Assembly (NCBI GenBank): GCA_977020255.1
Contig: CDROCS010006384.1
Coordinates: 1 to 64,000 of the forward strand
Length of the DNA stretch: 64,000 nucleotides
Direction: 5' to 3'
Source: Obrimoposthia wandeli
Taxonomy: Eukaryota
Below are positions 11,401-19,701 of this stretch, piece by piece; within the stretch, counting starts at the first letter, position 1, and every line of letters begins with the position of its first letter. The position numbers and the translations under genes were made by a program. The notes under the pieces are model-generated. The model had not been told where the DNA came from. It saw nothing but the letters and a program-made list of their open reading frames with translations, and did no database searches.

Positions 11401-11776
11401 TGTTGGACTGATATCGACTCGGTTGAGCTTGAAAACGGTTCAACCATTTATCAATAACCTTTTCAGATGAGGCGATACTGTTCTGATCAAAATGTTCACC
11501 AATAAAACACTGCGCTAAAGCCGCGCCATGTTTACAGTCACGACCGACATAACAATCACAATAGCTGGAAATATCATCAAACTTACCATCAAAAACTAAA
11601 CGCGTTAGGTAACTAACTTCGCGAGAGCGTTCACTAAACACTACACCCCGGATAGTTTCGCCATCAAGTGCGCAAGTTTTAATGCCATTAGCTTGAAAAA
11701 TTCTCGCGCCTTTTTTCCATTCATTTTTGCTAAAGTGTTGTTCGAGTAATTCAGGTGTAAACGTGTTTTTAGCCAT
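8474..11776 (-). CDS. SWIM zinc-finger SNF2-family helicase/ATPase
   Basis: CDCYVGRDCKH SWIM; GILADDMGLGKT, LDEAH, LTGTPMEN, LISLRAGGVGLNLT, QATDRAYRIGQ. Confidence 0.93.
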   Translation of the reverse strand: MAKNTFTPELLEQHFSKNEWKKGARIFQANGIKTCALDGETIRGVVFSERSREVSYLTRLVFDGKFDDISSYCDCYVGRDCKHGAALAQCFIGEHFDQNSIASSEKVIDKWLNRFQAQPSRYQSNSQQKALLYFLKPNSYNEDDYYTLGIKSARAKNSGGWSHALSGEHSASTLINSAYATNEDVDVLTELMRTNQFGDNIKYFDLFEQIVKTNRCFWHTKYDLNEAMTVGEPLEAQWQWLALGNQLHTLQLVFMQPSSSIIIVKAQPLCYYDEEKNCFGQINTNTQCNFEADLLNSPVFEEDKLPWIMSKLSMSLGEAVQRLPKPKTEFSQELTKPEVYLHFSTPAEKNPQTGTVRVNFSYRGTLVNPHNESLTVSPANLTDNKVKLYRDLAFEQTVIDKLTTLKFSAQPKPKRYTFTNEDYLNKDKTPKFTMLMQGRYCWHHFLHQELQVLKDLAWHISFTDDFYYKALATDSVFDAEVIETDDHDFFSLGLNLTIDGKKMPAFPILLGAIEQLPKSALVDREKEQLIAPDSPIYVDLENGDFVALRYQSVQPILKQFIELFMPNALNNDGTLELSRFQGHQTLSMLDDQGLIATGTNKLRALADKLRDFQQVTTVPVPEGLNATLRTYQHQGLNWLQFLREYQLNGILADDMGLGKTIQTLAHLLIEKQQGRLTKPVLIVAPTSVIFNWANEIEKFTPELSYQVLHGGKRQQYFDCFERGESDENPVDIIITSYALITKDLDLYREQQFYYLILDEAHYIKNTKTKLYQAFLLLKAQHKLCLTGTPMENHLGEFWAQFNFLLPGFLGGQRQFTKLFRTPIEKHGEQERKQLLNQRIKPFILRRTKDKIATELPSKTEIIQTLRIEGKQAELYESVRLAMDSRLKDIIADKGLKRSQIEVLDALLKLRQVCNHPKLLSLEGAKKVNQSAKLDYLMETLPEQIAEGRKILIFSQFTSMLALIEEELVAEGIDFVKLTGSTTKRQEVVDKFQEGEVPVFLISLRAGGVGLNLTAADTVIHFDPWWNPAVENQATDRAYRIGQDKPVFVYKYIIENSIEEKILKIQQNKADLAKALLSEEVSDNKLSLTDDILSSLLAPMS

Positions 11777-12120
11777 AAGGTTTTAATTATTTAGAACTCA
11801 AATAGATGGGTAAGTTGAAAAGTTAAGTCGCTTTCTCTTCTCAGATAAGATGAAAATATCAAGTACATCAATAGCACCTTCAATATTTACTACTAACAGC
11901 GGGTCACTCATTATTTCACCTGAATAATACCACTGAGACTGAAAACCTTCAATGCAGCTTATTGGAGAAATAGCAAGAATTGGTATAAATATCGCACTAC
12001 AGCTACCGAGAATCAGCTTGTATAATGTTAAGACAATTTTTGAACGATTTCACTAACCGCATAGAGCATAAATGAGTTAAAATAATCGGTTCTTATTTTT
12101 GTTTTGAGCTATTTATATTA

Positions 12121-13443
12121 ATGACCACTGTCACAACGCCAGCCAACTTTACAGAACTTGGCCTTATTCCACCTTTGTTAGCACGTTTAACTGAACTGGA
12201 ATATCAACAGCCAACGCCCATTCAAGCGCAAGCTATTCCAAGTGTATTAGCCGGACGTGACTTAATTGCTGGGGCTAATACTGGCTCAGGTAAAACAGCC
12301 ACTTTTGCATTGCCACTATTACAACAATTAATGCATCAGCTAGAAACTAAAAAACCTTCAACAAGTAAAAGCAGCCAAGGTAATTATGTTACTGGGCTAA
12401 TTTTGGTGCCTACCCGCGAACTTGCTAAACAAGTCGCCGACAGTGTTAAGTCGTATGCGGCACATCTTAATGGCCAAATTAAAACGGTTGCTGTTTTTGG
12501 TGGTGTTTCGGTCAATACCCAAATGTTAGCATTACGTGGTGGCAGTGATATTTTGGTGGCAACACCTGGGCGATTATTAGATTTAATTTCTAGCAACGCC
12601 ATTAAGCTCGACAAAGTAGCGACCTTAGTACTTGATGAAGCCGACAGAATGTTAAGCTTGGGCTTTACCGAAGAACTATCCGCGTTATTAGCTTTATTAC
12701 CTAAGAAAAAACAAACCTTACTTTTTTCGGCTACATTTCCAGAACAAGTAAAATCATTAACGCAAGAATTACTGAACAATCCGTTTGAGATACAAGTACA
12801 AAGCGCTGATGCTAGCACCTTAGTACAGCGTGTATTTACCGTTAACAAAGGTGATAAAACCGCAGTATTGGCGTATTTAATTCAACAACATCAATGGCGA
12901 CAAGCCCTTATTTTTGTTAATGCTAAGCACCACTGTGAACATTTAGCTGAAAAGCTTGCTAAACGTGGTATTACCGCCGCAGTGTTTCATGGCGACAAAG
13001 GCCAAGGCGAACGTAGTCGAGTACTTGACGGATTCAAATCAGGCGAAATTGAGGTGTTAATTGCCACCGATATTGCTGCCCGTGGTTTAGATATCGAAAA
13101 ACTGCCGGTCGTGATCAACTTTAACTTACCTAGAAGTCCCTCAGACTATATGCACCGTATTGGCCGAAGTGGCCGTGCTGGTGAAGTGGGGTTAGCTTTA
13201 TCGTTAATCGACTATGAAGATTATCATCACTTTAGCGTAATCGAGAAGAAGAACAAAATTCGACTTGAACGCGAACAAGTGCAAGGTTTCGAAGTGGACG
13301 AAGCTGAAAATGAAACATTACTTGCCGAACTTTTAGCACAGAGCAAGCCAATGGCAAAACCTGAAGGCACGGGTAAGAAAAAGCGCAAAAAGAAAGCCAC
13401 AATCAATGCTGACATTTGGGCTGGCCATTCTGAACTAGAATAG
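12121..13443 (+). CDS. DEAD-box RNA helicase
   Basis: Q-motif PTPIQ, ANTGSGKT, PTRELA, DEAD, SAT, ARGLD, HRIGRSGR. Confidence 0.95.
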   Translation: MTTVTTPANFTELGLIPPLLARLTELEYQQPTPIQAQAIPSVLAGRDLIAGANTGSGKTATFALPLLQQLMHQLETKKPSTSKSSQGNYVTGLILVPTRELAKQVADSVKSYAAHLNGQIKTVAVFGGVSVNTQMLALRGGSDILVATPGRLLDLISSNAIKLDKVATLVLDEADRMLSLGFTEELSALLALLPKKKQTLLFSATFPEQVKSLTQELLNNPFEIQVQSADASTLVQRVFTVNKGDKTAVLAYLIQQHQWRQALIFVNAKHHCEHLAEKLAKRGITAAVFHGDKGQGERSRVLDGFKSGEIEVLIATDIAARGLDIEKLPVVINFNLPRSPSDYMHRIGRSGRAGEVGLALSLIDYEDYHHFSVIEKKNKIRLEREQVQGFEVDEAENETLLAELLAQSKPMAKPEGTGKKKRKKKATINADIWAGHSELE

Positions 13444-13486
13444 CGTCATACTCTTCGCTGCTTAGTTTATCTATCCAAAGCCTATA

Positions 13487-13645
13487 TATACCCAAGCCAC
13501 TTGAAAATGCAGGATTCAGCAAGTCGAGAAAGGGTTAGCACCAAGGCATTGATTGAAGACGAAACCATTGTCGAAAGGTAGAGCCCAAATAACGAGCCGA
13601 GAATATTGTCGAAATCAATAACGTAGGCCTTGTTCTGCATGTCAA
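13487..13645. repeat. ERIC-like / MITE-like intergenic repeat (partial)
   Basis: Starts TATACCCAAGCCACTTGAAAATGCAG, like the ERIC terminus; internal inverted arms CAAGGC/ATTGATT...AATCAAT/GCCTTG; no clear right terminus. Confidence 0.55.
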
Positions 13646-13867
13646 CTAGCTCTGATTTCTTTATTGGGTAAGAACAACGACTCATTTACCGGCAAAACTT
13701 ATACAAATAAAATAGCCTGTCATTGTTGCGTATAACACGAATAATGGCTGTTGCTAGCCTAGTAAACTTTATGTTTATCTACCTTAGAAATACCAGCTAA
13801 ACACCTGTTTTAACTATTAATCACCTCATACTACTATTAGCAGTAACGAATAAAAATGTTCTTTAAA

Positions 13868-13960
13868 GTCATCAGTTCGCCATAAAAATATCGCTCAATT
13901 GTCATAATCTTCATCTAGCATAATTCGCCTCTACATTATCTTTTAAAATACCTATGTCAT
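13868..13960 (+). promoter_or_regulatory. Possible PhoB (Pho box) half-sites
   Basis: GTCAT 13868, GCCAT 13879, GTCAT 13901, GTCAT 13956, all in 11-bp phase, upstream of a GDPD gene. Confidence 0.35.
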
Positions 13961-13991
13961 GTTCAAATGACGGTAAATATAAGGCACTGAT

Positions 13992-15299
13992 ATGCAAATT
14001 AACTTGCCCAAAAAGCAATGGATTATACTCGTGTTAACCGCCTCTTTTCTGCAAGTTGGCTGTAATAACAATGACAGTAACGTTAATACGACTGAAGAAA
14101 TTTCGGCTACAGCCGTGGTCGAAACAACAAATAAAATGGTCGCTAAAGTTGGTGTTAGGCCCTTATTTTTAATTAACGAAATGCCAAACAGTGAGCTAAA
14201 AACTAAGCTAGAACAATGTAAAGACAATACCTTTTATCGCTCAGATTTCTCCATCGGGCATCGTGGCGCTGCCATGCAGTTTCCGGAACATACCAAAGAG
14301 TCTTATCAAGCGGCCATAGATTCTGGCGCCGGCATTGTCGAATGCGACGTCACCTTTACCGCAGATAAAGCCTTAGTGTGTCGCCACTCACAATGTGATT
14401 TAGCGACAACGACCAATATTTTAGCTATTCCTGAGCTTGCTGAAAAATGTTCCGTACCGTTTTCGCCGGCAGATCCAGCCAATGGTGTAACCGCTAGCGC
14501 CCAATGTTGTACCAGTGATATAACACTCGCTGAATTTAAAACATTAAGAGGTAAAATGGACGGTGCCAACCCTCAAGCAACCACAGTAGAAGAGTTCTTA
14601 GCAGGCACACCTAATTGGCGCACTGATTTATATTCAGGTAACGGTACTGTAATGACTCACGCTGAAAGTATAGAAATGTTTAAAAATGCCGGCGTTAAAA
14701 TGACCCCTGAATTAAAGTCGGCCAGTGTACAAATGCCCTTTGACGGCTTTAGCCAAAACGATTATGCCCAAAAAATGCTCGACGAATACATAGCGGCTGG
14801 CGTTCCCGCTTCACAAGTTTACCCTCAATCTTTTAACCTCGCAGATGTTGAATACTGGATAGCCAACAATAACGAGTTTGGCCAACAAGCCGTATTTCTT
14901 GATGGCCGAGATACCGATGCCGGTTTTGATCCTCAAAACTCAGCCACTTGGACACCGAGCATGGCGCAGCTGAAAAGCCAAGGCGTTGAATACATAGCGC
15001 CACCATTATGGATGCTAGTGACTTTAGATTCAGCAGGTAAAATTATCCCCTCTGCCTATGCTAATGCTGCCAAAGCCGCAGAACTTAATATTATTGCTTG
15101 GTCACTTGAACGCTCTGGTTTACTTGCGAATGGTGGAGGTTGGTATTACCAAAGCATAACTGACGCAATAAATAACGAAGCTGATGTACTGATTTTACTC
15201 GATGTGTTAGCAAAAGATATTGGTGTAGTAGGTGTATTTTCTGATTGGCCAGCAACCGTTACTTATTACGCAAACTGCATGGGTATCAATATTCAGTAA
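13992..15299 (+). CDS. Glycerophosphodiester phosphodiesterase (exported, probable lipoprotein)
   Basis: [31 protein letters not shown]; LQVGC lipobox-like. Confidence 0.9.
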   Translation: MQINLPKKQWIILVLTASFLQVGCNNNDSNVNTTEEISATAVVETTNKMVAKVGVRPLFLINEMPNSELKTKLEQCKDNTFYRSDFSIGHRGAAMQFPEHTKESYQAAIDSGAGIVECDVTFTADKALVCRHSQCDLATTTNILAIPELAEKCSVPFSPADPANGVTASAQCCTSDITLAEFKTLRGKMDGANPQATTVEEFLAGTPNWRTDLYSGNGTVMTHAESIEMFKNAGVKMTPELKSASVQMPFDGFSQNDYAQKMLDEYIAAGVPASQVYPQSFNLADVEYWIANNNEFGQQAVFLDGRDTDAGFDPQNSATWTPSMAQLKSQGVEYIAPPLWMLVTLDSAGKIIPSAYANAAKAAELNIIAWSLERSGLLANGGGWYYQSITDAINNEADVLILLDVLAKDIGVVGVFSDWPATVTYYANCMGINIQ

Positions 15300-15356
15300 T
15301 TTTTTGTCGATAAACCTTGCCGCCTCTGTAAATATAGTGATAATCGGGCAAGGTTT

Positions 15357-16454
15357 ATGTTCAAAGGTACTGAAGTGCAATTATTAACAATAGAATGTTT
15401 AGGCAAAACGTTACGATTAGAAGGCTCAATGGCCGGGTGGCAAGAATTATTTTGGGATGACCAATGTGTTTCACAAATTAACGCCAATGCCGACGGTGAT
15501 GTATTTTCACATAAATTTTCTCTACAAAATGAGCAAGGCGAAATTCCCATTGAGCTTAACGGTTCATTGCAATGGCAACCTTTCGCACTGCAATTTCAAT
15601 TATTAGTTAATAATGAACTAGAACACGACAATACCCTGCTTGAAAAAGACATAGAACAACGCCAAATCACCCCAGGTGAAAAACAGCCGATGAAATTTAG
15701 CTTTGTCGGCATGGCAGGCCTAGGTTTAAAGCTATTTAAAAGCGCCAAAGTCATTAAAGTGCTATTTGCCGCCGGCAGTTTAGCCGCTTATAGCTGGTTG
15801 TTTTCAATCGAATTCGCCATCGCACTTATCCTGTGTTTAGTTTTCCATGAATATGGCCATATCAAAGCCATGAAGTACTTCGGCTTAAAAACCAAAGGTA
15901 TTTACCTTATCCCTTTTGTCGGAGGCTTAGCATTAAGCGATGACAAAATTAACACCCGCTGGCAAGACGTAGTTATTTCCATTATGGGGCCATTTTTCGG
16001 TTTAATTTTATCTATCGCCTGTTTAATAGGTTATTGGCTCACCGACTTAGAAATACTCGCCGGTTTAGCGGTATTTAACGCCCTGCTGAATTTATTTAAC
16101 TTATTGCCCATATTGCCCTTAGACGGCGGCCACGTGCTAAAAAGTGTCGCTTTCTCTATTAACTCTAAACTTGGCTTAGTCGCTTGTGCACTTGGCGCTG
16201 CATTGGGTATTTATCTTAGCTACAAATTTGGTTTAGCGTTACTTGGCTTCTTATTAGCGATTGGTAGCATTGAAATATTTTTTGAATATAAACGCCGACA
16301 CTTAAGCCAGTTGCTGCCGCTGAATCGCTATGCACAAGTGGTATCTGCAATATGGTATGTGGTTACCGTTGGTGGTTTAAGCGCAATTATTTGGCTTGTG
16401 GGCCAAACGGGCAACGACGCCTTGTCACTACCGCTTAAAATATTAGGTAGTTAA
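15357..16454 (+). CDS. Site-2 protease family (M50) membrane metalloprotease
   Basis: FHEYGH zinc motif, GP motif, NLLPILPLDGG, multiple TMs. Confidence 0.9.
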   Translation: MFKGTEVQLLTIECLGKTLRLEGSMAGWQELFWDDQCVSQINANADGDVFSHKFSLQNEQGEIPIELNGSLQWQPFALQFQLLVNNELEHDNTLLEKDIEQRQITPGEKQPMKFSFVGMAGLGLKLFKSAKVIKVLFAAGSLAAYSWLFSIEFAIALILCLVFHEYGHIKAMKYFGLKTKGIYLIPFVGGLALSDDKINTRWQDVVISIMGPFFGLILSIACLIGYWLTDLEILAGLAVFNALLNLFNLLPILPLDGGHVLKSVAFSINSKLGLVACALGAALGIYLSYKFGLALLGFLLAIGSIEIFFEYKRRHLSQLLPLNRYAQVVSAIWYVVTVGGLSAIIWLVGQTGNDALSLPLKILGS

Positions 16455-16491
16455 TAGTTTTTAGATTCAAATTATTTGATCGTAATTACTC

Positions 16492-16519
16492 GCTGATATC
16501 GATTCTGATATCAGCTTTT
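16492..16519 (+). terminator. Rho-independent terminator
   Basis: GCTGATATC-gattct-GATATCAGC followed by TTTT. Confidence 0.7.
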
Positions 16520-16817
16520 ATTCCGATTATAGTCAGCGTGACTGCCCACAATACCACCCTATGAAATCCTTATTTATATGGAAATTATTTTTTATATCTC
16601 CTTATATATATGGAATATTATTAATTAATTTACATCAATGTATTAGCTATAAATATTTAAATTCTGCAAAGTGGTGAACTCATAAATCTATTGATATGCT
16701 TGCATTAATAACCATAGATGTTGGCGATCTATCATTACTTTTTTAACGCTATGCTAACGACTGACAATAATTAATAAAGTAATCTAAAACAAAAGTAAAA
16801 GTAAAAAGGAACAAGGT

Positions 16818-17222
16818 GTGATTTCAAAAAAAGTAAGAGAGTTGTTTGTCTCTTTAATGGAAGCAACCGATAACTCATCCGTTACTTATGATGTAGAAAC
16901 CGAGCAATACAGTGGTTTTTTCAATAACACGGTAGTTGATAAGTATATTGAACTAGGCGCATTAGAGCTGGTAGAAAGCGATACCGGCGCAACGGTTATT
17001 CTGCTCAATAATCGCGACGACTTTTTAAGCTCATTTGCTGCCGGTGTTCGTGAAGCAAAGAACGGCGCAGACCAATCGTATGCCGACTACAACGCTAATC
17101 CCTTTGCTTTTTCAGTCGGCTTTGAACATTTTCATCAAATATCAAAGAAAAAACGCCAGTTAGTCGGCTATATTTGTCATGGTTTTGAGCGGGATGATAC
17201 GGGGTTGGTGCATTCGCAGTAA
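16818..17222 (+). CDS. Hypothetical protein (134 aa); its 3' end is the repeated unit of the adjacent cassette array
   Basis: GTG start with AAGGA-like RBS; divergence from its 3' duplicate is mostly synonymous, supporting real coding status. Confidence 0.8.
   Translation: MISKKVRELFVSLMEATDNSSVTYDVETEQYSGFFNNTVVDKYIELGALELVESDTGATVILLNNRDDFLSSFAAGVREAKNGADQSYADYNANPFAFSVGFEHFHQISKKKRQLVGYICHGFERDDTGLVHSQ
17004..17222 (+). repeat. Direct repeat copy 1 (3' 219 bp of hypothetical gene)
   Basis: Matches 19456-19674 with 9 mismatches by manual alignment. Confidence 0.97.
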
Positions 17223-17282
17223 GTGTGAATATGCAAAATAAACCCAAGTATTCATTCTCATTGCCCATGGTATTGTCAACGG

Positions 17283-18140
17283 TTAGCCTTTTTGAAATAC
17301 CTTATTAATAATAACCAATAAATTTTCAGCTTCGTTATAAGAAGCATGTGTAAGTCGGCTTATTTCTAGCGCAAGTTTATCTAATTTATCTCCTTGCGCA
17401 AAAAGCCTCTCCTTTATGTACCTTAACGTATCAGGTCTTGCAATTTGTGCCGCATCTTCTGCAAGCTTCATCGTTCCTGCTTTGTGCTCGTCAAAATCAT
17501 GTTGCTCCATGTAACCACCATCATAAATATCATCAAACACAGATGGAATTTTAGCGTAATGATTAGTGAGATAATAAATATCGGCTGCATCTTTAGGCCT
17601 AATATCTTCTGACCTTTCTAACCAAGCGATCAACTTCAATAGCAACATGCCTGCAGGAGAAGCAACATGTACGGTTATTTTAGGATCTTCTGCAATGATA
17701 ACGGATAATGCATTTTCGTAAGCCTCAGCGAAACCCAAAACCCGCATTATAAATTCATATTTTGGTGGCCAAGCTATTTCTTGCTGCTCTCCTGCAATTA
17801 AACCAAAAGGAATAATGTCTATTTCCCAAGGCATGCCTTCTGAGTCGGTAGTAGTGAGTTGATGCACTTTTTCTTTATCGGGCGCAAAACCTGACTCAAT
17901 TAACCTAGCCTTTAACTTTTCAAATTGTTGCCACGTTCGCACTTGAATACCAAAATCAATATCTCTGGTACCCCTTTCAATCGCAGCGCCATAGCCGTGA
18001 ACTAAAACAATATCTCGCGCAGTAGCACCGACAATCAAATAAGGTATTGCTAAGTCATGGCTATGCTTCTCTATCTCATGATATAGCTCAACAAGACCTG
18101 TTAATAATTTGCCAGAAATATTAAGCGAGGTATTGTTCAT
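17283..18140 (-). CDS. Predicted nucleotidyltransferase toxin, type IV TA (AbiEii/AbiGii-like)
   Basis: IVGATARD, RGTRDIDFG (Pol-beta NTase GxxRDxD), KLIAWLER...KDAADI; likely start MNNT at 18140 (ORF track extends to 18176). Confidence 0.8.
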   Translation of the reverse strand: MNNTSLNISGKLLTGLVELYHEIEKHSHDLAIPYLIVGATARDIVLVHGYGAAIERGTRDIDFGIQVRTWQQFEKLKARLIESGFAPDKEKVHQLTTTDSEGMPWEIDIIPFGLIAGEQQEIAWPPKYEFIMRVLGFAEAYENALSVIIAEDPKITVHVASPAGMLLLKLIAWLERSEDIRPKDAADIYYLTNHYAKIPSVFDDIYDGGYMEQHDFDEHKAGTMKLAEDAAQIARPDTLRYIKERLFAQGDKLDKLALEISRLTHASYNEAENLLVIINKVFQKG

Positions 18141-19149
18141 ATAATCTCTTAGCTGTTGCCATATTTCTTGGTTCATTGCTAGCCACTAGGTTTGCGTAAA
18201 CTAATAACGGATGAACTAGGTCTGCTTTCATGCCCTTTAGCTTAGCTATATCAATAAATGGCTCCGCTAATATTACGCGATAAATGGCCTGTTCATTGAC
18301 CGCGAGCTTACGTAATCTACCCGCTCGAAGTAGATTATTTTTATGCTCCGCGCTGACATATATCAAAAGATCTTTCGGGGTTAAGTAGTGGGTATATTGC
18401 TCAGCAGCAACTTCGCCGCCCCATAGTGCTTTGTATGGCTTAAGTTCCAACGCCGTTAGCAAAGCGAGATCGTTTATTGTATAAAGATCTAACACTTGTT
18501 TTGCTTGGATATTAATAGGGTACGCTTCAAGCCATTTTTCAAGTAACTGTGCTTTGTTGATTAATACTTTATTTTTTTTGCTTTTCTCCAGTACAAAGCC
18601 CTGATAGATCAAATCATCTATCACTTGCTTCACGGTTCCCAGTGCCACTTCCGCCTGCTCAGCAATAGTACGAAGCGGTTGGTTAACAAGTTCCTTTTGC
18701 GTTAGCAGCATAAATATAACCAGCATACCTTTAGGCTGAAAAGCTTTGCCCGCTTGCTGTATTTGCAAAATATCTTTATGGGGTTTGCTTAACTTTTTTC
18801 CTTGTATATCTATGTATATTGGCGGCTTATTTATATAAGCATTACCAACAGTGTCGAGAAAATAACAGCCTTTTTCTTTAAGCTCCTCAGCGATATTAGG
18901 GTTGATATAATCGCTTATTATGATTGTCTCATGCTCAACGTTTTCGACCGGGTAAGGCAATGCCGTGGTCCAGGCACGACTCAACCATTTTTTGCACTCA
19001 ACAAGCAAATTAATACCTGTATTTGGAATCGTGATAATCGCATCCGCAGGAACGCCTTTCGCTCCAGTCTCTGCTTGGTATATAGCATTCAACCCTGTTT
19101 GCTCATTCAGTATGTTAACGGCTTTTTCTATAAGGTTGATTTCTTGCAT
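18121..19149 (-). CDS. Type IV TA antitoxin, AbiEi-like transcriptional regulator
   Basis: Central HTH (PLRTIAEQAEVALGTVKQVIDDL), WGGEVAA, HPLLVYANL...R C-terminal AbiEi-type motifs; overlaps the toxin gene. Confidence 0.8.
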   Translation of the reverse strand: MQEINLIEKAVNILNEQTGLNAIYQAETGAKGVPADAIITIPNTGINLLVECKKWLSRAWTTALPYPVENVEHETIIISDYINPNIAEELKEKGCYFLDTVGNAYINKPPIYIDIQGKKLSKPHKDILQIQQAGKAFQPKGMLVIFMLLTQKELVNQPLRTIAEQAEVALGTVKQVIDDLIYQGFVLEKSKKNKVLINKAQLLEKWLEAYPINIQAKQVLDLYTINDLALLTALELKPYKALWGGEVAAEQYTHYLTPKDLLIYVSAEHKNNLLRAGRLRKLAVNEQAIYRVILAEPFIDIAKLKGMKADLVHPLLVYANLVASNEPRNMATAKRLYEQYLA

Positions 19150-19151
19150 TT

Positions 19152-19269
19152 GTTCACTTTAAGTTAACGTTCAATAACAATGAACATTATAGACAATGAA
19201 CAGAATAAGACAAGCAACGTTCAATATAGCACTACGTTCATTATTAATGAACATGAAGATATGATGAAC
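19152..19269. promoter_or_regulatory. Putative AbiEi autoregulatory operators
   Basis: GTTCA-N7-TGAAC palindromes at 19169-19185 and 19236-19252, with flanking GTTCA/TGAAC half-sites in a 67-bp duplicated arrangement. Confidence 0.7.
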
Positions 19270-19455
19270 GAAGTTTTTAGAGCGATTGAATCGTAAGAGT
19301 AAATTAAGCTTCAAATAAGGATATTGAGACACCTCAATGGCTATTTCATTAAGGCAACCGTTGATAAATATCAACGACCTAGTCGCACTCGAACGGGTTA
19401 AGGTTGGCATAGTTTTACCACCATTCAGCTCACATTTCGCTTCACTCGCCTATCA

Positions 19456-19674
19456 CTCAATAATCGCGACGACTTTTTAAGCCCGTTCGCTGCCGGTGTT
19501 CGTGAAGCAAAGAACGGCGCAGACCAATCGTATGCCGACTACAACGCTAATCCCTTTGCTTTTTCAGTCGGCTTTGAGCATTTTCATCAAATATCGAAGA
19601 AAAAACGCCAGTTAGTCGGCTATGTTTGTCATGGTTTTGAGCGGGATGATACGGGGTTGGTGCATTCTCAATAG
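19456..19674 (+). repeat. Direct repeat copy 2 (gene 3' end duplicate)
   Basis: About 96% identical to 17004-17222, ending at the same stop codon position. Confidence 0.97.
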
Positions 19675-19701
19675 TATTTCAAATATCAACCGCAGCAACG
19701 T

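Noticed and set aside
11790-12040. Open minus-strand frame upstream of SNF2
   Set aside because: No suitable start codon and no recognisable homology
13482-13685. 67-aa ORF
   Set aside because: It overlies the ERIC-like repeat and is likely non-coding
19171-19410. 79-aa ORF upstream of the antitoxin
   Set aside because: It runs through the operator array and has no recognisable features
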